This document shows positions 48,778-57,231 of a stretch of DNA of 64,000 bases, in pieces. The position numbers and the translations under genes were made by a program. Location: contig JAFRFJ010000040.1 in the NCBI GenBank assembly GCA_017434385.1, positions 9,252 to 73,251 of the forward strand. The letters are read 5' to 3'. Below the pieces are notes generated by a model that ran no database searches, was not told the DNA's origin, and saw only the letters and a program-made list of their open reading frames with translations. Every line of letters begins with the position of its first letter. Positions within the stretch are counted from its first letter, which is position 1. This stretch comes from Eubacterium sp. GTDB lineage: Bacteria; Bacillota; Clostridia; Lachnospirales; Lachnospiraceae.

Positions 48778-50360
48778 GATTTCTCCTCATCTTCACCCAC
48801 AGTCATGGAATCCAAATCCACAAAATCGTCCGGGATAAAGTCCAGCAGTTCCGCTGCGTCAAACCAGGTTGCATGAGACTGTTTTTCACTATCCTTATAC
48901 AGAGGACTTCCGAGTAAAGCCTTCAAATCCTTTCCCTTACTCTTCATTTGGGCAAGAAAAGCTTTAAAATTCTCTTTTCCAAGCAAATAGGACTGACGGA
49001 GCATCATATTCTGAACAGGTTCAAGTTTCAGCGTCTTCATCACCCGAATGTGATTCAACAGCTTCCTGACAGATATTTCCCGGCTATCTGCTTCAGGATC
49101 CAGACAATAGGGCCTCATCAGAAGCGAGATTCCCTCCGTTGTAATATAGGATTGTTCCCGCAGCATCTCGAGATTCTGGGAATTCGGATTATTCAGCATC
49201 TGGAAATCTATCCAGTTTCCTGCCAGACCGTTACGCAGATTACAGGTTTCCTTGGCAGCTTTCTTCGCGTTGCTGCAGCATTCCTCTGCCAGTGAGAAGG
49301 CAGGATGATAGGCATTGTCCTCCGTAACAAATGCGACACCTCCGCAAATATACAGGGGCACCTCTATCGTATCCGTTTTCCAGACGTATTCACCCTTCAG
49401 GTTGGCATAGAAAAAACGGAAAAAAGGGAACACCCAGCTTGCGTTGCAGACACAGTTGATATCATCACCGGCTACATGAACGATCAGAAATTCCTTCTCA
49501 AATCCGTCATTCTTTCCGGTGACGCGGTGATAATAGTCTTCCAGATCTTTCATTGTGCGGGACATGATTCTGCTCATTGTAGCCTTCAGCCCCTGACCGA
49601 TGGCCCGCCGTGTACGGATTCCGTCCTCATAATCCACTGATTCCTGAAGGATGCGGCCAATCGTAATCCCAATGTTATTTCCGTCAGCGTGAATGACAGC
49701 CCGATAGTTCTTCCCGTCATAACCGGGACTTGTATGGATATCCTGCATGGTAACCGGGTTTTCTCTGAGCCGCGCCTCCTGTCTCCGCAAACGGGAGGAC
49801 ATTGAGACCGGATCCCCGAATATCGGATCATAGCCAACGACCGGCTCTCCGGTCATATGTTCACGGATACATACAGGAAGGGTCCCCAGGGGCTCAAGTG
49901 TGTCGGAAGCCGCTTTTGCGGCATTCAGTTTCCTGTACAGATTAAAAATATCGTTCCCGAAATAATCCGTTTTCTCCACAGCCGCCGCGGAGACATTGAG
50001 CGTACGTCCATGTTCCAGATAATATCTGGAAATACTGCGAATGATTTTCTGAGCCAGCGCACCCGTCCTCACGATGAAGATTGCGTTGCCGGCCTGGCAG
50101 GTGATCAGCTGAAACTGCACAGATGGGTTCCGGAAATAAGGAAGTTCTCCCTCCGGATCCAGAGAGAAATCAAATTGATCATCCGGCACCGGCGGATCCA
50201 CTGTTCTCAAAGCATGAAGGATTGCGTCGTCAAGAATATGGATCATCAGATCGCTGGCTCCGACAGTGTCCAGCATCGTGTTGGAGCGGAACATATAACG
50301 CTGGATCTGTCTGGTATCAACATGACAGAGGACTTCGCGGTTCATCAGTTCTTTATCCAA
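48771..50360 (-). CDS. cas10: Cas10 (type III-D style, no HD domain), palm motif AGDD
   Basis: VDTRQIQRYMF...VGASDL, VIHADGNNIG, HVAGDDINCV, CGGVAFV, AFSLAEECCSNAK, NWIDFQ, LLMRPY, WFDAAELLDF; TTG start after GAGGAGG. Confidence 0.88.
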   Translation of the reverse strand: MDKELMNREVLCHVDTRQIQRYMFRSNTMLDTVGASDLMIHILDDAILHALRTVDPPVPDDQFDFSLDPEGELPYFRNPSVQFQLITCQAGNAIFIVRTGALAQKIIRSISRYYLEHGRTLNVSAAAVEKTDYFGNDIFNLYRKLNAAKAASDTLEPLGTLPVCIREHMTGEPVVGYDPIFGDPVSMSSRLRRQEARLRENPVTMQDIHTSPGYDGKNYRAVIHADGNNIGITIGRILQESVDYEDGIRTRRAIGQGLKATMSRIMSRTMKDLEDYYHRVTGKNDGFEKEFLIVHVAGDDINCVCNASWVFPFFRFFYANLKGEYVWKTDTIEVPLYICGGVAFVTEDNAYHPAFSLAEECCSNAKKAAKETCNLRNGLAGNWIDFQMLNNPNSQNLEMLREQSYITTEGISLLMRPYCLDPEADSREISVRKLLNHIRVMKTLKLEPVQNMMLRQSYLLGKENFKAFLAQMKSKGKDLKALLGSPLYKDSEKQSHATWFDAAELLDFIPDDFVDLDSMTVGEDEEKSC

Positions 50361-50748
50361 ATGCTACCTCCTCACTCTGATAACGTGCGTAAGGCCGAAA
50401 CCCTTCAAAGAAAAACATGCTCTTCTTTTCGTTGCTTCCGTCCGGATTCTTCACTTCGACTGTGTTTCTCTCGGAGCAGGAGCAGATGACGTTCACGCCA
50501 TCCGCAAGCAGTTTGTCGACCAGCATGAACAGGAAGGTAAATTCTCCCGCCGCCAGCACAGCATCTGCCTGAAACGCTTCGATTCTGGCGGCATAATCCT
50601 CAACCTCTCTGCGGAGGTCATGAATACTCCATGAGGGGGAGACAGAGGGGAAGGGCAAATCCACAATCTCCCCATACAGTTCTCCCGCCGCTTTCATCAA
50701 CGGCTCGTTCCAGATTTCACTGGGATGATTGGTACAATTCAGCAACAT
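50353..50748 (-). CDS. csx20: Csx20-like CRISPR-associated protein (candidate ring nuclease)
   Basis: N-terminal MLLNCTNHPSEIW...AA...YGEIVDLPFPSVSP, later AGEFTF...V, F.F..FR.Y pattern typical of this small type III-associated family. Confidence 0.75.
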   Translation of the reverse strand: MLLNCTNHPSEIWNEPLMKAAGELYGEIVDLPFPSVSPSWSIHDLRREVEDYAARIEAFQADAVLAAGEFTFLFMLVDKLLADGVNVICSCSERNTVEVKNPDGSNEKKSMFFFEGFRPYARYQSEEVAFG

Positions 50749-50772
50749 TGCATTTCCTCTCTTTCCGGCTAT

Positions 50773-51414
50773 TCAGTGTGTTCGTATGTCGGCCTCGGAA
50801 GTAAATCCATACCTTCCGATAGTCTCACCGAGCTTTACATAGCTTCCCACGGGGATGCTTTTCTTGCCTGTCATTCGGCTGGAATAAGCGATCAGCCCGG
50901 CATTATCAAGATGAATCAAACCATCCTCGCCCATGTATTCCTCAGAAATGTCGATTCCGACTACCTCTCCTAAAAACATATGATGACTGCCAAGAGCCAG
51001 GATATCCCTGACCTTACATTCAATATTCAGGGGACTTTCCATTATGATAGGGGCATAGTCCAGATGAGAGGCTTTTCCTCTGGTAAGGCCGGTTAAAGCC
51101 CATTTGTCCGGACAGTCTGCCGCGGATATTATGCCGCACTGATCCGACGCTGCAGCCAGATCTTCTGTGTTGAGATTCAGAACAAACTCCCCGGATTCCT
51201 TTATCATATTGTATGATACACGCTCGGGACGGATAGATACATAAGCCATCGGGGGCTTTGTACATACAGTACCGGTCCATCCCGCAGTCATGATATTGGT
51301 TCTGCCGTCTTCTGTGCCGGAGCTGACCAGAAGTACCGGAACCGGATACAGTAACGTATTGGGTTTGAATTCAATTTTCTTCATAAACATAGTCCTCATT
51401 TTTGTATTTTTCAT
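50773..51414 (-). CDS. Flavin reductase family protein (start probably 51390 or 51384)
   Basis: LYPVPVLLVSSG, NIMTAGW, VSIRPER, IKESGEFVLN, PIIMESPLNIECKV, GSHHMFLGEV. Confidence 0.92.
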   Translation of the reverse strand: MKNTKMRTMFMKKIEFKPNTLLYPVPVLLVSSGTEDGRTNIMTAGWTGTVCTKPPMAYVSIRPERVSYNMIKESGEFVLNLNTEDLAAASDQCGIISAADCPDKWALTGLTRGKASHLDYAPIIMESPLNIECKVRDILALGSHHMFLGEVVGIDISEEYMGEDGLIHLDNAGLIAYSSRMTGKKSIPVGSYVKLGETIGRYGFTSEADIRTH

Positions 51415-51436
51415 ACTTATAAAATATCATATAATG

Positions 51437-51895
51437 CTATCTACCCATAAAATAGAATTCCATTTCTACACCGTTGTTTTCAAGGATCAGCTTGTCCTTT
51501 GATTTCTTATAATGCATTTCCAATCTGGAATCATTATCTGCAGTCTTCCAGCCGTCATCAGGTAAGCTTTCATAAAAATCTTTAGCAATCTCTATGACTA
51601 TCGTATCCTTATCCAAACTGATTATCTTGCCTTCTACGCCGGGTTCTCCGGCTTCATCATCAAAAATCGCAAGATATGGCACTCTGGGACTTTTATCATC
51701 CATGATCATCCCGCCTTTACTGTGAATAGTGAGAATCATCCAGGAAAGATCTTCATCCGTTGGCCTGTATTCTCCCTCAAGTCTCGCCAACTGCCTTTTA
51801 TTGATTTGAGGGGATTTCATATTTGATACAACTAAATACAGAACTACCGCCATTACTGCTATGATTGATATTATAAGAATCTTTTTGTTTTTCAT
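51437..51895 (-). CDS. Hypothetical exported or membrane-anchored protein
   Basis: MKNKK plus hydrophobic segment; no recognised motif. Confidence 0.65.
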   Translation of the reverse strand: MKNKKILIISIIAVMAVVLYLVVSNMKSPQINKRQLARLEGEYRPTDEDLSWMILTIHSKGGMIMDDKSPRVPYLAIFDDEAGEPGVEGKIISLDKDTIVIEIAKDFYESLPDDGWKTADNDSRLEMHYKKSKDKLILENNGVEMEFYFMGR

Positions 51896-51898
51896 AAT

Positions 51899-52738
51899 CT
51901 AAACCTCATTTTTGAAATGAATTGCCCCTTTATGACAGACAGAGATGCATTTTCCGCAGCGAATGCATTCCACAGAGTTCGGGTTTACGCAAGGGTCGAC
52001 ATCCATAGGGCATAGTGAACTGCATTTTCCACAGTTTACACAGGAGTCCCGGTCAATTTCCAGTTGAATAAAACTGATTTTATTGAACAGCCCGTAAAAT
52101 GCTCCGAGAGGACACAGTATTTTACAGAAGAATCTGGCTGTCATCAGACAGCCTATGATAGTGAGAAGGGCAATGAAGACTTTGAATCCCATTACTCCCC
52201 CTGCCAGCTTTCTGAGATTGGGGCTGACCAGTAAGAGGGGGATGCCGCCCTCTATGGTTCCCACCGGACATATATATTCGCAAAAATAGGGATTGCCCAT
52301 TCCCGCAGTGTTGACAATCACTACCGGCAGTATCAATACCACAATGAACAGCATGCCATACTTTATATACTTAATCCGGTCCGGCAGCTTCCTTTTGATC
52401 TTTGGAAAGGGAATCTTATAAATAAGCTCCTGAATCAGGCCAAAAGGGCAGAGAAATCCGCATATCGCTCTGCCGAACAGAATCCCGAAGGCGCATAAAG
52501 TGCCCACTACATAGAAACTCCATTTAAAATCAATTGATCCGTTTACCGCCTGCATTGCCCCTATAGGGCATGCAAACCGGGCTGCCGGACAGGAATAGCA
52601 ATTGATGCCGGGACAGCAGAACCGCTTCCAGGGACCCTTATAAATATTGCCGGACCCCATCTTGCTTACATAGGGGTTGCAAAAGGCAAATGCCATGAAC
52701 TGAATGATTTTCCTTTTCAACGAAATTTTTGTTTTCAT
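51899..52738 (-). CDS. Membrane polyferredoxin (4Fe-4S binding, NapH/YccM-like)
   Basis: CPGINCYSCP...CPIG, CGFLCPFG, FCEYICPVG, FCKILCPLG, CVNCGKCSSLCP, CIRCGKCISVC. Confidence 0.9.
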   Translation of the reverse strand: MKTKISLKRKIIQFMAFAFCNPYVSKMGSGNIYKGPWKRFCCPGINCYSCPAARFACPIGAMQAVNGSIDFKWSFYVVGTLCAFGILFGRAICGFLCPFGLIQELIYKIPFPKIKRKLPDRIKYIKYGMLFIVVLILPVVIVNTAGMGNPYFCEYICPVGTIEGGIPLLLVSPNLRKLAGGVMGFKVFIALLTIIGCLMTARFFCKILCPLGAFYGLFNKISFIQLEIDRDSCVNCGKCSSLCPMDVDPCVNPNSVECIRCGKCISVCHKGAIHFKNEV

Positions 52739-52743
52739 GACTT

Positions 52744-52893
52744 CTATATCCCAAGACCTATGCACTCAAAACAAATGTTGACTGCCTTGTTCAGTACAAT
52801 GCCGGCCTCTCCTCTAAAGCCCCCGTAAACAATCATGGCAGCCGCTGCAAGAATTACAGCAATCCGTACTAACATAATTCTCTTCTGAATCAT
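52744..52893 (-). CDS. CD1871A-family small membrane protein with CXXC motif (49 aa, not in ORF track)
   Basis: Manual translation MIQKRIMLVRIAVILAAAAMIVYGGFRGEAGIVLNKAVNICFECIGLGI; ATGA overlap with the upstream TlpA gene. Confidence 0.85.
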   Translation of the reverse strand: MIQKRIMLVRIAVILAAAAMIVYGGFRGEAGIVLNKAVNICFECIGLGI

Positions 52894-53456
52894 TTCAGAT
52901 TCTCCACCGTATCTTTATAAGCCTGCACATCTGCTCCGATCACTTCATCGCACAGACATTTTCCCTCAGAGTCCACAAAGAAAGTCGTAGGAACTCCGAC
53001 CAGATTTTCCATTATAGAATCAAACTGATCACCGGCTATGATGTTGGTGTATTCCACTCCGGTCTCTTCCACCAGTCTTTTCGCCGTCTCATACTCCGGG
53101 GCATCCGTATCAGCCACATCGACAACGATACCTATGATCTGAACCCCTTCCGGCAGGTTTTTGTCCCACTCTGCCAGTTCCGGCATCTCATTGATACACG
53201 GTCCGCAAAATGTTCCCCAGAAATTAATAACCGTGATATCCGCTTCGGCAAATATCGACTCATCCACTTCGTTTCCGTTAAGGTCAACCGATTTGAACCC
53301 GGGCATCCGGGCTGTCTCAGTTACAGGCATCTCATCCGTCCCTTCCTCCGTGGCAGTCTCCACCTTCTGCTCTCCGCCATCACTGCAGGCAGTCAGCATA
53401 AAAAGCATAGTTACCAGAAGGCAAAAAACACTTGCTTTCAACAGTTTTCCTCTCAT
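52890..53456 (-). CDS. TlpA family thiol-disulfide oxidoreductase lipoprotein
   Basis: Lipobox LTAC, INFWGTFCGPCINEMPEL, VPTTFFVD. Confidence 0.92.
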   Translation of the reverse strand: MRGKLLKASVFCLLVTMLFMLTACSDGGEQKVETATEEGTDEMPVTETARMPGFKSVDLNGNEVDESIFAEADITVINFWGTFCGPCINEMPELAEWDKNLPEGVQIIGIVVDVADTDAPEYETAKRLVEETGVEYTNIIAGDQFDSIMENLVGVPTTFFVDSEGKCLCDEVIGADVQAYKDTVENLK

Positions 53457-53558
53457 ATGTACCCCCTCTCTCCCATATATTTGTGTTCTATTGTCCGTTA
53501 AAAATTGATTATGAGTTCAGAATGGCATGATATGCTGTCCTTCCCTTGTCTTTTTCTT

Positions 53559-54338
53559 TCATGATACTTCTCTTAATAGCGAGATCGTCTCTCCATCATC
53601 GGGAATAATCAGATGATCTAAGAAACCGTTTTCCAGGGCATACTCCCTGAGTTCTTTCTTTGAGAGGATCCAGTGATTCAAAGACTCCATATGGCAGGCA
53701 ATCAGGACTGCTTCGGGAACAGCCAGATGAACCTGCTTCACTCCTTCTTTTCCCATGATAAGAGGTGCACCCCCATAAACCATATTTTCTCCACAGCTTA
53801 CAGCAACAACATCCGGCTCATATTGATGAAGGATCCTGGAGACATTTGGATACCATACTGTATCTCCGGTGATATATAGCGTTTTCTCACCAGGATGTTT
53901 CAAAATCACCCCGCAGGCCGGACCGGATAATCGTGCCATCTCTCCGGTACTGTGCTGCGCTTCGGTACGGATCAGGGAGATACCCTTTGGAAGCTTCAAT
54001 TCCGGGTTTCCTATGATATCCACTTTATGGAATCCCCAGTCTCTGATCTTTTGCGCATCGCTTTCATTCTGGGCTAAAAGCAGAACTTCCTTCGGCAAAA
54101 GCTCTGCTGCCCTTTTGTCAAAATGATCCCTGTGTAAATGTGTCACAATGACAAAATCAGGATTCAGAAGATCCTCAACTGGAACCGGGAGCTCTGAGAG
54201 AGGATTCATAAGCTCCTGCCCTGGCGAGTTCGGGAAAGGTTTCTGGCTCCCCTTCTCCCCTAGCATTGGGTCAACCAGGATCCTTATCCCGGCATATTCT
54301 ATCAGACATGTAGCATTTCTTATAAATGTAAACTGCAT
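53559..54338 (-). CDS. MBL-fold metallo-hydrolase
   Basis: IRNAT, ILVDPML, THLHRDH, YITGDT, CHMES.NH. Confidence 0.9.
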   Translation of the reverse strand: MQFTFIRNATCLIEYAGIRILVDPMLGEKGSQKPFPNSPGQELMNPLSELPVPVEDLLNPDFVIVTHLHRDHFDKRAAELLPKEVLLLAQNESDAQKIRDWGFHKVDIIGNPELKLPKGISLIRTEAQHSTGEMARLSGPACGVILKHPGEKTLYITGDTVWYPNVSRILHQYEPDVVAVSCGENMVYGGAPLIMGKEGVKQVHLAVPEAVLIACHMESLNHWILSKKELREYALENGFLDHLIIPDDGETISLLREVS

Positions 54339-54458
54339 CTTTTTCCCCTGTCAAATCTCTCATACTTTTTCGGTTCCGGCATATAATTACATGTTTTAAA
54401 AAACACAATTATTTTTTATTAATCGTAATACAATTGTATTCTGATATCAAGAATATAA

Positions 54459-54483
54459 TTAAAAAGCACCCTCGAAAGGGTGC
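54459..54483 (-). terminator. Intrinsic terminator after the small peptide gene
   Basis: Minus strand GCACCCT-TTCG-AGGGTGC-TTTTTAATT. Confidence 0.82.
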
Positions 54484-54526
54484 CGGTTTAGCAGAACAGA
54501 ATTCTGATTGTTGTCCGCTTCTTATG

Positions 54527-54802
54527 TTAATATATTGGTACATTATCTACTTCTATAACCTTGCCGCAATCCATACATTCGAACAATCCGGCGCTTGGTC
54601 TGGGTGTACCGTCTTTGTATGTTCTCTCCGGCAGGTAATCGATTACAAAGAAGTGGTTGCTGCCGCACCTCGGACACTGGAAGGAAAAATAACCGTCGAA
54701 CCCGCCGTCTCCACCGTATTTTCCGTCTCCCATCTTTCCGCCGCTGACTTTATCCAGAGCTTCATCAGAAAGATATCTCTGTTCAACATCTTTATTAATC
54801 AT
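54527..54802 (-). CDS. Small protein with double-glycine leader and zinc-ribbon-like core
   Basis: MINKDVEQRYLSDEALDKVSGG then ...CPRCGS...CMDCGK; AAAGGAGA RBS. Confidence 0.72.
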   Translation of the reverse strand: MINKDVEQRYLSDEALDKVSGGKMGDGKYGGDGGFDGYFSFQCPRCGSNHFFVIDYLPERTYKDGTPRPSAGLFECMDCGKVIEVDNVPIY

Positions 54803-54944
54803 AACAAAATCTCCTTTCTTTTTTGAATATAAATCTCTCGTCAAATCCGTGAAATGTTTTTGATTTGTTGGACTCATTATAACAAGACATATATCACAAA
54901 AGCGTCACAGGAAGATTTAATGATTATGCGATGATTAACTATTG

Positions 54945-55661
54945 TCAGTCTAAAATCCTGCCGTCCCTTGAGATCGTAACAACCTGCCATGGGATGAATT
55001 TGCCGCTGTTCTTAAGTGCTGTTTCCGCAGCTCTTTGCAGACCGCCGCAGCATGGCACTTCCATCCGAACGATCGTCACGCTCCTGACATCGTTATCCCT
55101 TATGATCTCTGTAAGCTTCTCAGAATAATCTATACTGTCCAGCTTTGGACATCCGATCAATGTGATTTTCCCTTTCATAAATTCCTCATGCAGGTTGGCA
55201 TAGGCATAAGCTGTACAATCAGCTGCGATAAGTAATTTAGCACCATCAAAAAAAGGAGCTCTCGCTGGAATAAGCTTGATCTGGCAAGGCCACTGGCCAA
55301 GGCGGGAAAGCGGTTTTTCTGTGACTGCTGATACATTACTCTCCGCATTCTGTGTAAACTTCATCATTCTTGATCCGGGACATCCGCCCTGGTGTGGTTC
55401 ATGTTTCACTTCATTCATATTCTTTTTCCCCTGTGCTTCCTTCACTGCCGCCTCGTCATAAGCCGGTGCTTCCCTCTCTTCAAATGTGATCGCTCCTGTG
55501 GGACAACCTGGCAGGCAATCACCAAGGCCATCACAAAAATGTTCCCTTACCAGCTTTGCCTTGCCGTCTACCATATCTATGGCACCTTCATGGCAAGCTT
55601 CTGCGCACAAGCCGCAGCCATTACATTTTTCTTCATCAATATGTATAATCTTTCGAATCAT
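54945..55661 (-). CDS. 4Fe-4S dicluster protein (Hcp/HcpR-regulon-associated type)
   Basis: CNGCGLCAEACHEGAI, CDGLGDCLPGCPTGAI, GGCPGS, QWPCQIKL, AADCTAY, IGCPKLD, MEVPCCGG; start refined to MIRKII. Confidence 0.9.
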   Translation of the reverse strand: MIRKIIHIDEEKCNGCGLCAEACHEGAIDMVDGKAKLVREHFCDGLGDCLPGCPTGAITFEEREAPAYDEAAVKEAQGKKNMNEVKHEPHQGGCPGSRMMKFTQNAESNVSAVTEKPLSRLGQWPCQIKLIPARAPFFDGAKLLIAADCTAYAYANLHEEFMKGKITLIGCPKLDSIDYSEKLTEIIRDNDVRSVTIVRMEVPCCGGLQRAAETALKNSGKFIPWQVVTISRDGRILD

Positions 55662-55745
55662 TTTTTTCCTCCATTTCCGTGAGTGCCATCGACTCGGATC
55701 TTTGTTCTTTCTGGAAATAATATAGCAATAGTCTTTCAAAAAATC

Positions 55746-55761
55746 TGTATCCACAGATACA
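55746..55761. promoter_or_regulatory. Crp/Fnr-type palindrome between the divergent Fe-S and regulator genes
   Basis: TGTATC-CACA-GATACA, 16-bp perfect inverted repeat with Crp-like TGTAT-N6-ATACA geometry. Confidence 0.6.
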
Positions 55762-55814
55762 CCATAAATAGATTTTTCTGTATAATGGAGTTTATAGAAA
55801 GAAAGGAGAAGCTT

Positions 55815-56486
55815 ATGGATTATACAGTTCTGGAAAGAAGCACTCTTTTTCACGGATTGTCCTCAAAAGACCTGCGTGAGATTCTGGAGTCAGTATCTCA
55901 TCATATTCAATACTACGATAAGGATGAGATCATTTTTCATCTGATGGAAGAGGCAGACCGAATTGGGATCATTCTGGAAGGACGGGCAGAGGCACAGAAA
56001 CCTTTTCCAAATGGGAGCCAGGTAAATGTCTCCATTCGAAATCCCGGAGAAATGGTAGGGCCGGCAGCTGTTTTTTCATCCAGTCAGCAGTACCCCTGTG
56101 ATGTGATGGCGATTGAACCGGTCACCCTCATGATGTTCAGAAAAAAAGACCTGCTTCAATTATTGCAAAAAGATATTCGCATATTGGAAAACTTCACAAG
56201 AGAGATTGCATCCGCAACATATATGCTGCAGCAAAGACTTGAACTGCTCTCCTACAGCGGTATTGCCCAGAAAGCCGCTTTCTATCTGCTCATGCAGAGG
56301 AGAAGGACCGGTTCGGATCAAATCCGGATCCCTGAATCCATCACAAAGTGGGCCATGATGATGAATGTCTCAAGGCCCTCTCTTCACAGGGAGCTGAAGC
56401 GATTAGAGGCACAGGGAATTATTTCTTATCATTCACATATCATAGAAATCCCGGATCCGGATGCTCTCCAGGCGGTCCTTGGCTGA
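55815..56486 (+). CDS. Crp/Fnr family transcriptional regulator (HcpR-like)
   Basis: LFHGL, IILEGRA, PGEMVG, C-terminal HTH MNVSRPSLHRELKRL; start refined to MDYTVL after AAGGAG. Confidence 0.92.
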   Translation: MDYTVLERSTLFHGLSSKDLREILESVSHHIQYYDKDEIIFHLMEEADRIGIILEGRAEAQKPFPNGSQVNVSIRNPGEMVGPAAVFSSSQQYPCDVMAIEPVTLMMFRKKDLLQLLQKDIRILENFTREIASATYMLQQRLELLSYSGIAQKAAFYLLMQRRRTGSDQIRIPESITKWAMMMNVSRPSLHRELKRLEAQGIISYHSHIIEIPDPDALQAVLG

Positions 56487-56664
56487 GAATTGGGGCAGGA
56501 GCAGCAAGGGGGGGGTATGCTCTACATGTATGACCATGTTGCGAAGATCTATATTATCCCATGTCAGAGCAGCCGTGTGACACTTCTATGATAGTTGACC
56601 TGATATAATGGTCTCACAAACAAGGAAAACACTGCACAAAAACAGATTGATGGAGGGTCTATAA

Positions 56665-56988
56665 ATGAAAAGCAATATGATGGAATTAAACATGGAACAG
56701 ATGGCACTGGTTAATGGTGGAACTTCCGGGGAAACCCGGGATGATTTTCTTCGCTTCCACAATTTGGGAAAGCGTGACCTTTACAAGGGGTGGGACGAAG
56801 ATGAAAAGGAGGCCTGTCTCATTGACTGCTTCTACCCCTTCGGCGTCTACATCTCCATAGACAATAACGGTCCGAATAAATACTATCTTATGTCTCCTAA
56901 GACAGGCCCCTTCGGCGATATGACACCGCTTACCCGTGATCAAGCCTGGGACAGGGTTTATAACAATGAGAAGATGTTTGACATGTAG
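56665..56988 (+). CDS. Small protein with double-glycine (bacteriocin-type) leader
   Basis: MKSNMMELNMEQMALVNGG then an 88-aa mature region; GGAGGG RBS. Confidence 0.72.
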   Translation: MKSNMMELNMEQMALVNGGTSGETRDDFLRFHNLGKRDLYKGWDEDEKEACLIDCFYPFGVYISIDNNGPNKYYLMSPKTGPFGDMTPLTRDQAWDRVYNNEKMFDM

Positions 56989-57032
56989 TAAGGCCGCAGC
57001 GGTAAGTATACATGATCCGTTTATCGCCTCTC

Positions 57033-57073
57033 CCCCGGTCAGGCTTCACCAATGAAGCGCTGCCGGGGTTTTT
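57033..57073 (+). terminator. Intrinsic terminator after the peptide gene
   Basis: CCCCGG.CAGGCTTCA-CCAA-TGAAGCGCTGCCGGGG-TTTTT. Confidence 0.75.
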
Positions 57074-57231
57074 CATTGCCATATACAAAAGAAGCATTCC
57101 GAATATACTGACCGAAATGCTTCAAGATTATCATAGCTTTTATCCATGCGGTTTTTGGCTTATATACTATTCCATATCCTGGATTATTTTCCAGAACATA
57201 AGGTGTCATCTGGGTGACTTATATTTTTGCT

